Part shown: in pieces, positions 12,095 through 22,433 of the stretch | How positions within the stretch are numbered: the first letter of the stretch is position 1 | How the letters are laid out: each line of letters begins with the position of its first letter | Origin: Podarcis erhardii | Lineage: Eukaryota | Reading direction: 5' to 3' (one strand) | Assembly: GCA_964252035.1 (NCBI GenBank) | Contig: OZ176203.1 | Length of the DNA: 64,000 bases | Program-made: the position numbers and the translations under genes | The notes under the pieces: model-generated | Told to the model about the DNA's origin: nothing | What the model saw: the letters and a program-made list of their open reading frames with translations, nothing else | Databases searched by the model: none

Positions 12095-13374
12095 CAGTAT
12101 TTCCCAACCTTTTTTGGGCAAAGGCACACTTGTTTCATGAAAAAAATCTCGAGGCACACCACCATTAGAAAATGTTTAAAAAATTAACTCTGTGCCTATA
12201 TTGACTATATATAAAGTAACTCTCTTTAATAGGCATCAAATAAACACAAAGAAAGTACCGTATTTTTCGCCCCATAGGACGCACTTTTTCCCCTCCAAAA
12301 ATAAAGGGGAAATGTGTGTGCGTCCTATGGGGCGAATGCAGGCTTTCGCTGAAGCCTGGAGAGCAAGAGGCATCGGTGCGCACTGACCCCTCTTGCTCTC
12401 CAGGCTTCAGGAAGCTGTCCGCAAGCCTTGCACGCCCGGCAGGAGCTCCCGCCAGGCGCGCAAGGCTTGGGGCGGCAGCCTGTTGCCCGAAGCACGCGGA
12501 GCCCTCCGGAAGGCTCCCCGTGCTTCGGGCGAGTGTCTGCAAGCCTTGCGCGCCCGGCAGGAGCTCCCGCCAGGCGCGCAAGGCTTGGGGTGGCAGCCTG
12601 TTGCCCGAAGCACAGGGAGCCCTCCGGAGGGCTCCCCGTGCTTCGGGCGAGTGTCTGCAAGGCTTGCGCGCCCAGCAGGAGCTCCCGCTGGGCGCGCGAG
12701 GCTTGGGGCGGCAGCCTGTTGCCCGAAGCACGCGGAGCCCTCCGGAGGGCTCCCCGTGCTTCGGGCGAGTGTTTGCAAGCCTTGCGCGCCCGGCAGGAGC
12801 TCCCGCTGGGCGCGCAAGGCTTGGGGCGGCAGCCTGTTGCCCGAAGCACGCGGAGCCCTCCGGAAGGCTCCCCGTGCTTCGGGCGAGTGTCTGCAAGCCT
12901 TGCGCGCCCGGCAGGAGCTCCCGCCAGGCGCGCAAGGCTTGGGGCGGCAGCCTGTTGCCCGAAGCACGCGGAGCCCTCCGGAGGGCTCCCCGTGCTTCGG
13001 GCGAGTGTCTGGAAGCCTTGCGCGCCCAGCAGGAGCTCCCGCTGGGCGCGCAAGGCTTGGGGCGGCAGCCTGTTGCCCGAAGCACAGGGAGCCCTCCGGA
13101 GGGCTCCCCGTGCTTCGGGCGAGTGTCTGCAAGCCTTGCGCGCCCGGCAGGAGCTCCCGCTGGGCGCGCGAGGCTTGGGGCGGCGGCACGGGGCGGCCGG
13201 CCGAAGCGAGCGGCGATGGGATTTGGGAGGGAGCTCGCTCGCCGCCCCGCGTGTGCTCGCCGCCGCCGCCGCCCCGCCTCTTGCCACCGGACTCGCCCGC
13301 CTCCCTCCCACGGCACACCAGGCAACGTCTTGCGGCACACTAGTGTGCCGCGGAACACCAGTTGGGAAACACTG
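12095..13374. mobile_element. Composite non-autonomous hAT element
   Basis: TIRs CAGTATTTCCCAAC ... GTTGGGAAACACTG. Perfect 8-bp TSD CCTTATAC (12087-12094, 13375-13382). Contains the left end of a mariner-type MITE (TACCGTATTTTTCG, 12256) and a tandem array. Confidence 0.9.
12421..13184. repeat. GC/CpG-rich minisatellite, about 6.5 x 118 bp, each unit two hairpins
   Basis: Units start at 12421, 12539, 12657, 12775, 12893, 13011 and 13129. Each has AAGCCTTGCGCGCC..GGCGCGCAAGGCTT and GCCCGAAGCACG-GGAGCCCTCCGGAGGGCTCC-CGTGCTTCGGGC. Confidence 0.95.
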
Positions 13375-13381
13375 CCTTATA

Positions 13382-13862
13382 CAGTGGTACGTCAGGTTAC
13401 AGACGCTTCAGGTTACAGATTCCACTAACCCAGAAATAGTACCTCGGGTTAAGAACTTTGCTTCAGGATGAGAAGAGAAATTGTGCAGCAGCAGTGTGGC
13501 GGCAGTGGGAGGCCCCATTAGCTAAAGTGGTACCTCAGGTTAAGAACAGTTTCAGGTTAAGAACGGATCTCCGGAACAAATTAAGTACTTAACCCAAGGT
13601 ACCACTGTACTTCTGTTGATGCAGCCTGGCCTGTGGAATTGTATATGCTGATAACGAACACAAGTGTGGATCTTTTGTAGCCAAAATGGTAGCATCCATC
13701 AACCAGAAAGAGATATCAGCAGGTCTGGGAGAGCCTCACAATTTGCAGAAGTACAAAGTAACTTTTTTTTGCAGGGAAAACCTTACTTGAGGAGAAGAAC
13801 CGAGAAACACGAATTACGAAAGAAACACGAACGAATTAAATTCTTAACCCGAGGTACCACTG
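13382..13862 (+). mobile_element. Tigger-like MITE family A expanded by a templated insertion (two right ends)
   Basis: Left TIR at 13382. First right TIR ends at 13607. Then 201 bp copied from 40240-40440 (inverted), a short filler, and a second right TIR ending at 13862 followed by TA. Confidence 0.9.
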
Positions 13863-13898
13863 TATGTGTTTGCTTCTTTGTTTTGTGAGGTAACCCAG

Positions 13899-14030
13899 CA
13901 CTGTTTTTCTAGAAACAGAGGTGCCGGAATTCACCATGAACACATCTCTTGTTCTCTTAGCATGGCAATGACACCCACCTGAGAGGTGCCAGTAGTGAGT
14001 TCCTGTGAGTTCCAGCTGGGGAAAGCCCTG
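13899..14030. mobile_element. Short hAT-type MITE remnant
   Basis: CAGCACTGTTTTTCTAGAAA...GAGGTGCCGGAA...GGGGAAAGCCCTG. Related fragment at about 2943-3010. Confidence 0.5.
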
Positions 14031-14713
14031 GTTATACCCTGGTTATATACCCTGGTTATATTGAGGCAGCTTACAATATAGTTAAAATAAAATTGATGAT
14101 ACATTACCTGTTAGGGTGAATATATAAGCTTTCCCCCTGGTTCTCCAGTGTACCAGCCGCCATTCAACTGAATGTTCTGTCCTAGGGCTGGCTGTTGAAG
14201 CAGACAGATGGTTCTCGCTTTCAAGCCAGGGCTGCCTCACTTGGCTACTGCTGAGGCCTCTCTCAGCCTCTGGGTCTGGTGGCAGACGCAGAAGGCACTA
14301 AGGGAGGAGAGATGTTGCAAGCCTCCTGCCAATTCTCAGATATTCCAACTTCTGCTGGGCCGCTGAATCTCTCAACCACAGCAAGGCCTCATTGGAAATA
14401 ATCCTGGCCCAGAAATGGCTTCCAAAGCAGCCAGATGTCACAGGTCAGGGCTTCCTGACTGTGTTGCTGCTGATCATTATTGTAGCTTCAGGTTCTGGTG
14501 TTTGCCTCCCTCCTTCCTCGTGATAAAGTGGTGCAATGGTGCAAATGAAATCGATAAAGGTATTGAAATAGGCTGCAGTTCAACCACTGAGCATCTTCTT
14601 GGTGTAAGGTCTTCTGCAATTAGATTTTTCTTGCTTCCCACCAGAATAAGAGCTATAGCTCTATCAATCCTCTAACTGATTTCAATGGAGACACTGTGTA
14701 TCTATCTATTAAT

Positions 14714-15045
14714 TGTTGTTGTTGTTTAGTTGTTTAGTTGTTTAGTCGTGTCCAACTCTGTGTGACCCCATGGACCAGAGCACGCCAGGCACTCCTGTCT
14801 TCCACTGCCTCCCGCAGTTTGGTCAGACTCATGTTGGTAGTAGCTTCGAGAACACTGTCCCACCATCTCGTCCTCTGTTGTCCCCTTCTCCTTGTGCCCT
14901 CAATCTTTCCCAACATCAGGGTCTTTTCCAGGGAGTCTTCTCTTCTCATGAGGTGGCCAAAGTACTGGAGCCTCAGCTTCAGGATCTGTCCTTCCAGTAA
15001 GCACTCAGGGCTGATTTCCTTCAGAATGGATAGGTTTGATCTTCT
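14714..15045 (-). mobile_element. BovB (RTE) LINE, 5'-truncated 3' end
   Basis: Minus-strand ORF MRREDSLEKTLMLGKIEG.RRRGQQR.RW.D...EAVEDRSAWRALVHGV is the BovB ORF C-terminus. (AACAAC/CTAAAC)n tail. 13-bp TSD TCTATCTATTAAT. Confidence 0.95.
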
Positions 15046-16912
15046 TCTATCTATTAATAGCTACATCTATCTATTCTGCTTTTAAAGAAATTGTATGTGT
15101 GCAGAATTCTACCGCCTATATTCTAAAATACAAATTTCCGGCCGGAATTAATCTGTTTGGAACCAAGAAGATGTAGAATCCCAGAACAATTATAGAATGG
15201 AAATTTTCCATTCTGCTTCTCCATAGCGATATCAAACCTGGCCTCCACCTGTGCTACAATTTTGAGGGGGTGGGGTGCAGTTCTATCTACGTTGCAGTGC
15301 AGCCTGAATAGAGCATCTGTCCACCATTTTCGGGAGCAATCCTATGTAAAAGAAGCTGGTGTAAAGCAAGCTGATCTTAAGCCAGCGTAACATTGCACCA
15401 GATCCAAATTCCTTAGCCTTAGAGTGAAAGCAAGCTTCTACACTGAATTTCCAAGTAACATGGCTGAACTGAATGGGTTCAAGATCCAGCCTATGTACCC
15501 CCTCTCTGGTCCTGCTTCCTCCACATCTCTGGAATGCTCCTTGCTGGAGACTTACACCAGTCTTGGCCAGCCAAACCCATCAATTTCCCCTCTAAATCTG
15601 TTCAATTGTTACATGTAAATATATTTGGGAGCCAAAGGTACTGAAACAAAGAGATTGTGACTTCTCCAACCCGTGTGTTCATAGGTGGTATCACATGTGC
15701 ATCATAAATGTGATGGCTGAGAGTAGCCTTCAGCTCCAAAGTGATTGCCATTATTCAAAATGATATTTCAGTGAACTGTGGCTCACGGTCAAGGAGTGGG
15801 TGAATCTTTAACCAAGCTGACAGTGAAATGTATAATACTTTATATCAACCAATAATGCCCTAATTTAAGAAAGAAAGCCACACGCAAGACAAAAGAGTCA
15901 GGCATATATTCTTTTCTGTTTCAAGATAATTTTAAGCAGCAGATGGGACTTTATTTTAGCTATAAAGCTGATATTGTAAACCAGGATGCTGCAAAACTTC
16001 CCCGGGGGTTTCAAACCCTGTTTCAAGTCTTTCAAAACAAAGCACGACATTTGGACTGGTGAAATGTCATCATACCACCCATCTCTCTTGCCTGCCCCCC
16101 AAGTATAAACTGAAAAAGTGGTCTCAGCAGAGCTCATCCAGCCTGCTGTGATTTTCCAGTCAGGAACCTTTGTGTAATCTTTATTCTGTTCTCCTTATTT
16201 CAGTCTCCACTATACCTCATCCTTTGATTGTAATGTTTATAGAATAATACATTTATGTAGCAGGCATTTTTTATCATATTATGAAAGGGAATTGGATATT
16301 TGAATGAGAACTAGAGTCGTCCAATACCAATACAACCACAGAGGATTAAATGGAAGATGTTACAGGTATTTTAATGCATTATGTAGTGGAAAGCATTGGG
16401 TACAATGGAATGAAAAACTGACTTCCCATATTTGAGAAATCGTCTTCTGCAGATACCCTCCTGATACAAATACCACCCACTTCTGCTCTGATGACCTCAT
16501 GTTCTGTAGTAGGTTGTTTTCTTCTGTTTCTCTTTATCATGTTGCAAAACAAATGTTCCAATGCAGATGAAGCTGCCAACAGATATTCAGCCCTTTGTGT
16601 GGCCATTGCCAACAGTAGTAAGGAAACAATCACTTGGTATTGCTTTATTTGTGTTCCTTATTATTAAGACACTAACAAAATGGCTGTACCAGTTCTAATG
16701 GTGCACAATTGGCAAGGGGGCCCAATTGGGTACCATATACAAGCTGCACAATGGATTTGGCCCAAACAGTTTGAGCAGCCACATTTAAATACTGTATAAA
16801 GATTCCCACAATAAGACTATGTTGTTGGTACGTTCCAGCTACTGATTTCATAGGCCTTCCTAATTATCTGGTGTGCTGTACAAATTTGCAAAGTCTGCAG
16901 CACTTATATATA

Positions 16913-17151
16913 CAGTGGTACCTCAGGTTACACACGCTTCAGGTTACATACGCTTCAGGTTACAGACTCCGCTAACCGAGAAATAGTACCTCAGGTTAAG
17001 AACTTTGCTTCAGGATGAGAACAGAAATCGTGCTCCAGTGGCACAGCAGCAGGAGGCCCCATTAGCTAAAGTGGTGCTTCAGGTTAAGAACAGTTTCAGG
17101 TTAAGAACAGACCTCCGGAACGAATTAAGTACTTAACCCGAGGTACCACTG
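16913..17151 (+). mobile_element. Tigger-like MITE family A
   Basis: TIRs CAGTGGTACCTCAGGTTA / TAACCCGAGGTACCACTG, TA TSD. Confidence 0.95.
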
Positions 17152-17224
17152 TAACTGGAATCAAGCGTTATGTTCTTCAAAAGTTCTTCTGCTGCTTCTA
17201 CTTCTAATACTATTACTAATAATA

Positions 17225-18020
17225 AATCGGGTCCTCCTCCCAGAAGGCACATGTTGCAGTGAGAGCATCAAGGGCTGACCTCATTGTTGTGGGTGGGAGC
17301 GATTGGACAGCCACAACAACCTGATTGGAGATCCTTCAGTTGCTAGAATTTTGTGAATTAACCGAGGGCTCTTTATATTCCACTGCACGTTGCATTGAGC
17401 TTCCTCTTTTTCGCTTCGTGCACCAGTTCACCCGCCCACCCATCCCTATATTTATGGCCTGACTTTGACCTTGCTTTGCTGTTGTGGGTCATCTGCTGTT
17501 GGGACAGGGGCCCGGAAGGAATTTTCCCATTTGGCTGATTGGCAGGTGCCACTTGGGTTTCACCTGCCACATAGCAAATCGTCACAACTTGTAAGGTTTG
17601 GCGGTTAGGCATTGGTTAAATGGTGGTTTGGAGGGTGGTTTATGAACCTGTAACCCCTCCAACAGCAAGAGGTATTCCATTAAAGGAATCCAGGGACTTG
17701 CTGTGCTTGTCGGGCCCTTTGGGGGGGGTTGGACCATGCAAGAGTCCCTGGGAGCATTATTTGGGTGAGGTTGAGTCACGAAGCCGTACCAACACTCCCT
17801 CATGGTGTTTGCCTGCATTGGCGATATGGTGGGGCCCAGTCGTAAGTGCTGCGTCCTGCTGACGTCAGCCGCAGCCTAGTCGAACCAATGGCTAAACAAA
17901 CCACTCACTTGCTGTAATTAGTAAAGTTGTGGCCAAAATTATGCCAATAACCTAAAACTAAATTCTGTGTCATGTTTGAATTTATTTATTATTGGGGTAG
18001 CTCCTGGGAGTCTTCACACG
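17225..18020 (+). mobile_element. LTR-like interspersed repeat without TG..CA ends (possibly DIRS/Ngaro-type terminal repeat)
   Basis: Homologous blocks at both ends and in the middle with the reverse complement of 24560-25330 (TGTTGTGGGTGGG..GATTGGA.AGCCACAACA; CCCTATATTTA; AGCAAAT.GTCACAACTTGTAAGG; ACCACTCACTTG.TGTAAT.A.TAAAGTTGTGGCC). Confidence 0.6.
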
Positions 18021-19282
18021 CAATATTTTTTTTATAGTCACAGAAATTGCTTTTTAACATAAAACGTTTGTTAAAGTTCTCAACAGCAATAGTAACTCAG
18101 GTTGTGCTAAAATAATGCCTCAAAGGGGACATTTATCTCAGGCAGGTTTTATTTCAAAGTGCAAAGAGTCTCATCAAAATGCATTGGGAACCATATCAAT
18201 TGGTAGAGCATGTTTGTTCGTTTGTTTGTTGGGGGGGAGGGGTTTAAAGGATGGGCAAATCCCAGAAATCTGCAGTGCCTTGAGGATCATGGATCAGGGC
18301 AGTTCCTGAGCTAACAATGGGAAACCCTTCAACCCAATCAGCTTATAGCTTTTGAAAGGAATTTTAGCCTTTCTCTATTAACTACCCCAGCCGGTATTTT
18401 CTTGACATTTTTCAGATAATGACAATGAGGGGGGAGGACACCTCTCTCTCTGAAACCTCAGAGTATTAAATGTGCATTAGGCTATCACTCTGCACTTGAC
18501 TGCCAACTTGCCAAGTGCTGGCCTTCCTGCCCTCTTTGACTTCCACCTGCCTGCCTGCCATCTGCTTATCTGTTCCAGGTACTTGCCAGCTCTCGGACCT
18601 GAAAGCGTGTCACCTCCATTGTGGCTCAAACTACTGCTGGGCCTTCGCAACATAATTAATACAAAACTACTGCCAGCCATGTGCACAGTTTAACAATGCA
18701 TGGGACTCGACAGTGGCATCTGGGCATGCACGAAGGCCTGAAAAAGTCAATCACACATCAGCACTGTGTTTCTTTGACCACATCAACAGCAAGCAGCATT
18801 CCAGGTCACATCATGCATCCGATGAAGTGGGCTTTAGCTCATTAGTGCCCACAAAACAATATGTTTTGTGCAGCAAGAGGAAGGCATATGGAGATTCACA
18901 TCTGGAGGGAAGTAGCCCAATGGCAGTAGTCATTTACACTGTGGGTGAGCCTGCAGAGAACTCACAGCATCTTCGGACCATAGGACAGTAAATGCAGTTT
19001 CCTCTTACAGCTTTGCTTGAGTATACAAGCAAACACTTGTCAGTGCTGGGTCTCTTTGTGCATCCCCAGATTTAAGTGTGGAAAACATTCTGGCTTCTGC
19101 AATTCACTGTGGAGTTTGGGCAGGCAGAGCAGAACTTCATTTGCTATTGACTAAAATGGTAGGGAAACCAGGTAGTTGCATATATTCCTATCTAAACCAT
19201 ACTGTGTTTTTCCATGTATAAGACGCCCCCATGTATAATACCCTTATTTTTTTTAACCCAAAGTTAAGAAAACAAAACCCTA

Positions 19283-19693
19283 AGACTAGGGCCCTTCAGG
19301 ATTTAACGTCCTTCCGTTGGGCCTGTAAGAGCTATTCTGCCTGACCTTTAATTTGAATTCAGCCTGATCTTTTATTTCCCTTCTCTTTCCTCCCCCTCCC
19401 CTTTTATGAAGATTACCCGCTCTGAGACCCCACAGCTAATTCCCCCCTGGCCTCCTTGCTGGCCCAAGTAGGACCAATTCAGCCAGCTAGCCCTGGGGAT
19501 TATCTAATCCTTATTAGATGAATTTCCCCCAAATTGATTTCTGAACTTTGAAATTTATTGTTATTCATGCTTTTATACTGTATTTTATGCTGCTTTTACA
19601 ATTAAGTATTTTAAATTTGTTGTTAGCCGCCCTGAGCCCAGTTTTTGAACCGGGAAGGATGGGGTATAAATAAAAATTTATTTATTTATTATT
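19283..19693 (+). mobile_element. L2-clade LINE 3' end
   Basis: Ends GTTAGCCGCCCTGAGCCC...GGGGTATAAATAAAAATTTATTTATTT, like the other L2 tails in the window. Confidence 0.65.
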
Positions 19694-19763
19694 AAAATAG
19701 AAGTGAAAATCTGGATGGTCTGTGGCAGCAAGTTTATCTTTTGGGGGGGAAGGGCAATCGCCT

Positions 19764-19922
19764 TCAAGTTTTGAACTGGCCACTGACTCTGCCTGTGATT
19801 TTATCAACCTCAGAAATATTCATTTGGATGGAGGCATGGTCTTTAGCACCAATTATCCAGTTGCTAGCAGAGCATTTACGAGGAAGGTAGAGATCCACAA
19901 ATTCCCCAGCGTCGTTCTGCAT
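19764..19922 (-). pseudogene. RPS21: Processed (retro)copy of 40S ribosomal protein S21 (eS21), codons 1-52 then a stop
   Basis: Minus strand translates as [52 protein letters not shown], matching the vertebrate RPS21 N-terminus. It is contiguous across positions that carry introns in the parent gene. At 52 aa it falls below the shortest ORFs in the track (60 aa). Confidence 0.95.
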
Positions 19923-20001
19923 TGTGTTTTTCTAGGGTTTTGCCACAAGTGACGTGCAACAGGAAATTTCTCCTCACACACCGTGAGCCCAGGCCGGAAA
20001 A

Positions 20002-20350
20002 GGGACGCGGGTGGCGCTGTGGGTTAAACCACAGAGCCTAGGACTTGCCGATCAGAAGTCGGCAGTTTGAATCCCCGCGACGGGGTGAGCTCCCGTTGCT
20101 CAGTCCCTGCTCCTGCCAACCTAGCAGTTCGAAAGCACGTCAAAGTGCAAGTAGATAAATAGGTACCGCTCCAGCGGGAAGGTAAAAGGTGTTTCCGTGC
20201 GCTGCTCTGGTTCGCCAGAAGCGGCTTAGTCATGCTGGCCACATGACCCGGAAGCTGTATGCCAGCTCCCTCGGCCAATAAAGCGAGATGAGCGCCGCAA
20301 CCCAGAGTCGGTCATGACTGGACCTAATGGTCAGGGGTCCCTTTACCTTT
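20002..20350 (+). mobile_element. Sauria SINE
   Basis: Full length, GGGACGCGGGTGGCGCTG ... CCCTTTACCTTT. Sits within the 5' extension of the RPS21 retrocopy. No clear TSD. Confidence 0.95.
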
Positions 20351-20827
20351 AATCACCTCCAGCATGAGGAGCATGCAGTGCACCGTGGTGCAGAAGCAAA
20401 GGCAGCGGTTGGGGTACCGCAAGCTCCACCTTGATGGCAGCTGCTGCTGTGGGGAAGTAAGCGGAAGGAGGTTCCCAAGGAGGATACCAAGGAGGAGCTG
20501 GGGGGAGGCAGCGCCCACTCTGCGCCGGGCCCTGCCGTCAAGGAAACTGAGCTGAGGAAGGTGGTGAGCGGGCTGGGGGCAGGGTGGGAGTTTGAGAGGG
20601 GAAGGGGGGGGGAAGGAAAGAAGGGCAGGGAGAGGTAGCTGAGGCAGCTGAGGCAGCGGCGGTGGCAGCTACTTTTCCTCCGGTGGTCAAGCCAACGGGG
20701 TTTCAGTAGGCAAGCTAATCGTCAGCATGCAGCCCGGAGGGGGAGGAAAAAGGGGGACTATTTTTTTTTAGCAATGCGGTATTTTCATGGTTTAACCTAA
20801 CCAAGTAGTGAGTAGCCGTTGATTTGC

Positions 20828-21297
20828 GATGGTCCCTAGTTTTTCCATTGACAGAATACTTAAATTCCCCTTTCAATAAAACTTGCTAAACTGTTTTTTT
20901 CTGTAATCCTGTATAGCAGATATTGATGCCTTTATCAGCATATCATTACACAAAATTGTGATGGTATCAACAGTTTCTTCTTCAGCACCTCGATTCTTTG
21001 CTGTCTGTGGGGGAAACAAGCCCTAAATTCACTGCTAAGAAAGTAAGCAGAACTATTATTATGTTATAAACATGATGTAATGTAGTTCCGTTTGTGAGTA
21101 ACATGGCCATTCCTAGTAGTTGATATAAAACAACAACAACAATTTTATTATTTATACCCCACCCATCTGGCTGGGTTTCCCTAGCCACTCTGGGTGGCTT
21201 ACATTACATAAAAAAATTTAAAACATTAGACATTAAAAATTTCCCGATGCAGGGTTGCCTTCAGCTGTCTTCTAAAAGTCAGATAGTTGTTTATTTC
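20828..21297 (+). repeat. Direct duplicate (about 470 bp) of 25784-26622, lacking the SINE present there
   Basis: Colinear sequence from GATGGTCCCTAGTTTTTCCATTGACAG to GTCAGATAGTTGTTTA, roughly 90% identical by eye. Includes an L2 tail. Confidence 0.95.
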
Positions 21298-22189
21298 GTA
21301 AAAATGTGGTATTTTCAAGCCATTTCCTTAACCCTTCAATCTCTGTTGTGCACTGTGTGCATTGGTTGTTAATAAAATAAACAACAATAACCCTATAAGA
21401 TATTTTGTATTCAGGTTGCACTAAAGGCTGCTTTTAATGTTTGCCATCAAACACTCCATCTATATACGCTGTCACAGCAATATATTTATGCAGTGACAGT
21501 TGACCCTGTTATGTTGTATTTGCTCCTGCTAAGAGGAAAAAAAGACATCCAGGTGCGAAAGGCCGTTGAACTAGATCACTCTGACACCTATCACACTTGA
21601 TCTATGGCACTGATGTTTTCATTAGGTATTAACTGAACAACCTGCACCATATGGTTCCTGTAGTATTCAAATGCTTGAAGGTAAAAATTATTTTGTCTGC
21701 CCGGATGGTGAATGTCCACTTTAACTTTCACAGCCTCTTTGAGTGCTAATTAGTTCACACTTTGATGCCAGCTTGCAGAGATGTTACTTTTTTATTATAA
21801 TCCCTTTAATATAATTCTACTCTGAGCTTTTTGGCCTCAGAAGCAGCTCACGTTCTGTGAAGCATACCAGAGGATGTAAGTCTTTTCATCCTGATCCAGC
21901 TTGATGCATATTACAATCAGGAGCCGGATTTTCATCCAAATGCACATCCAGTTGAAAGTAATGCAGTATGAACGGACAATATCAACATCAGAACACAATC
22001 TAATTTACATCCGTGGTACCTAGGGCACAATCCATAGTTCCTCACAGTGTTCGAAACTCCCATTGTTCTAGGCGCATGTTGTGACAGGGAATTTCATTAG
22101 CGCAATCAGTTTCTGAGCTCTGGGTGCAGTCCTGCACCTAAGATTTTGGATTAAAACTGCAGAGTGGGAGGAAAGGAGGACCTTTTTCT

Positions 22190-22433
22190 GCCAGTGTGGT
22201 GTAGTGGTTAAGAGCGGTAGACTTGTAATCTGGGGAACCGGGTTCGCTTCCCTGCTCCTCCACATGCAGCTGCTGGGTGACCTTGGGCTAGTCACACTTC
22301 TCTGAAGTCTCTCAGCCCCACTCACCTCACAGAGTGTTTGTTGTGGGGGAGGAAGGGAAAGGAGAATGTTAGCCGCTTTGAGACTCCTTCGGGTAGTGAT
22401 AAAGCGGGATATCAAATCCAGACTCCTCTTCTT
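22190..22433 (+). mobile_element. tRNA-derived SINE (Squam2-like)
   Basis: Near-identical to the copies at 3344 and 61346. Confidence 0.85.

Noticed and set aside
12421-13184. CRISPR-like regular palindromic repeats
   Set aside because: The units are head-to-tail with no unique spacers, there are no cas genes, and the context is a vertebrate intron.
12165-13471. Six long overlapping ORFs (303-397 aa) on both strands
   Set aside because: They arise from the GC-rich 118-bp array, which has almost no stop codons. The peptides simply cycle every three units (354 bp) and show no domain.
21340-21400. Possible inverted 3' end of RPS21 (twin-priming model) around the AATAAA at about 21371
   Set aside because: No RPS21 C-terminal codons or poly(A) tract, only a vague AT-rich resemblance to a 3' UTR.
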